DNA from: Atractiella rhizophila
Lineage: Eukaryota
Assembly: GCA_021432655.1 (NCBI GenBank)
Contig: MU271261.1
Coordinates: forward strand, 1-64,000
Direction of reading: 5' to 3'
Length of the DNA: 64,000 nucleotides
The position numbers and the translations under genes were made by a program. Positions within the stretch are counted from its first letter, which is position 1. Every line of letters begins with the position of its first letter. This document shows, one piece after another, positions 62,601 to 64,000 of this stretch. The notes under the pieces are model-generated. The model worked only from the letters and a program-made list of their open reading frames with translations, searched no databases and had not been told where the DNA came from.

Positions 62601-64000
62601 CTTCAAGATGGACTTGCGCGTCTCCCTCGCTGCAGCTTGCGCTTGGGCAGTCTTTGAAGTGGTCGGAGCTCCGAAATCTTTTGTTCCCAAGGCACGGGGA
62701 GAGTATGCGAGTTCTTCGTCCGGCTCCGGACTGTGAGGGAGAGGGAAATCCTTTGGATCCCAATCCTGTCTTGCTCCACGAAACGACGCAGCAGAAGACC
62801 TCTTCGCCTTTGCCGTTGGAGAGGTCGTCTCGATCGTTCTTTGACCGTCAAGTTCCCTTGACTTTTGTTCGAGGTCGGCTAGAATTGCCTTTTCCATCAG
62901 GCTCAAAGTTCCGATGGGCTTGTTTTTCTCCGAACCATGCGATTGAGTTTGATCCAAACGGGTCAGCTTGGGCATCAAAGTGGTTGGATCGTGATTGTCG
63001 ATGTTGAAACTGGGGGAGGAAATGGAGATGGATTCGGATGGGAGGGTGAAGGCGGGGTGGGGAGGGTCCAGGTGCCAGCTAGGCGAATCCTGGGTGATAC
63101 TAGCTATAGCTGAATTCAAAAATTAATTTTCATCTTCATCCATTGGGAGAGGGAGAAAACGCAGGGGAAGGCGTGAAACGTACAAGTAGATATAACACTG
63201 CTAAATCGCTGATCGAGTTTTTGTTTGAAATTGGCATTCCTCTCCATTCCTTCTCCCCTGCCCCTCCCCGATCCCAAACCTCCAATCCGAGGGCTGGCGA
63301 ACCCTCCCAATGCTCCTCTCGAAGGGGAACCAAATCCGGGAAAGGGAGACGCAGGTCTGATAATCTCACTGGCCCTTCCCAGCCCTGGCGCTGCCGCTCC
63401 TAAGCCGCTGGCGATGATGGCAGGGCTCTCCATATCCGGTATAGTCTTGCCAGTGCTCGAGGGTGTATCTGTCCGTTTGAGATAGTGAGACAAATCTGGG
63501 GTCCGAACTGGACCTCCAGCAGAGAAAGGGATGGATTGACCGAACGGATTGGAGGAGCGAGATGTGGAGGGACGAGGAGAGGCGGCCGAAGCAGACGCGG
63601 TGTTGAAGAGAGGGTTCGACGGATCAGGAGGAGCTGGAGAATTGGCCAAGGAGGGGATGAGGGAAGAGCGACCGTCCCTCGATCCGGGAGAAGGTAAGGA
63701 GGCATACATGTTCATGGCGGCCACCGCGCCAGCGATCGCACTCGTACTAGCGGTCGACGATGACGATGGAGTTGTTGGCTCCTCCCCTTCATTCGAAAGC
63801 ACGCTAGCGGCTGAAGAAGCCTTATCGCTCTCGTCTCTCTTGAATCTCCAGGTCTGGCTGATGGGTTCGTTCGGAAACCTGACCCTCCTCAGTCCTGCGT
63901 CCTCAGCGGCGGATCCGGGCCTGGACGGCGTTCTTGAGCTCTGAAGTTTGGTTTGCTTGAGGGCCGGGATGAGGACAGGACGGTCTTCACCAAGCGAGGA
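56641..64000 (-). CDS. Giant (more than 2000 aa, 5'-truncated) protein: S/P-rich and acidic disordered region with poly-lysine clusters, then a long C-terminal coiled coil
   Basis: The frame is open from 64000. ORFs 63116-63802, 61035-63119 and 59461-61023 are linked by short introns to several heptad-rich exons (59450-56950); stop at 56641. Confidence 0.8.

Overview
Intron-rich fungal nuclear DNA. Short GT-AG introns with CTRAC-type branch points, microexons, about 50% GC and the gene families point to a basidiomycete; Pucciniomycotina is a guess. About 22 genes or gene relics can be supported: probable SRP14 3' end, DUF726/TMCO4-Mil1-like protein, an acyl-CoA synthetase relic, WBP11, APC11, AMMECR1, alpha-tubulin, a disrupted O-fucosyltransferase-like glycosyltransferase, HUT1, two Zn(II)2Cys6 factors, PRP22, a Myb factor, CBK1/NDR kinase, THOC5, an RKM5-like methyltransferase, an F-box protein, an AKR7-like reductase, a split-CNH protein, a DUF1776 protein, and a giant acidic/poly-lysine coiled-coil protein running off the right end. 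I found no tRNA, rRNA, CRISPR array or intact transposon. The most notable features are: a 981-nt structured intron with an internal cryptic exon (possible ncRNA host), a 1849-bp tandem duplication whose copies differ only by clustered synonymous changes (probably two haplotypes), single-base frameshifts in conserved genes (probably assembly errors), a Leashin-like giant protein with PP1 docking motifs, and an intronic C/D snoRNA candidate. All family calls come from motif recognition by eye; no database search was run.
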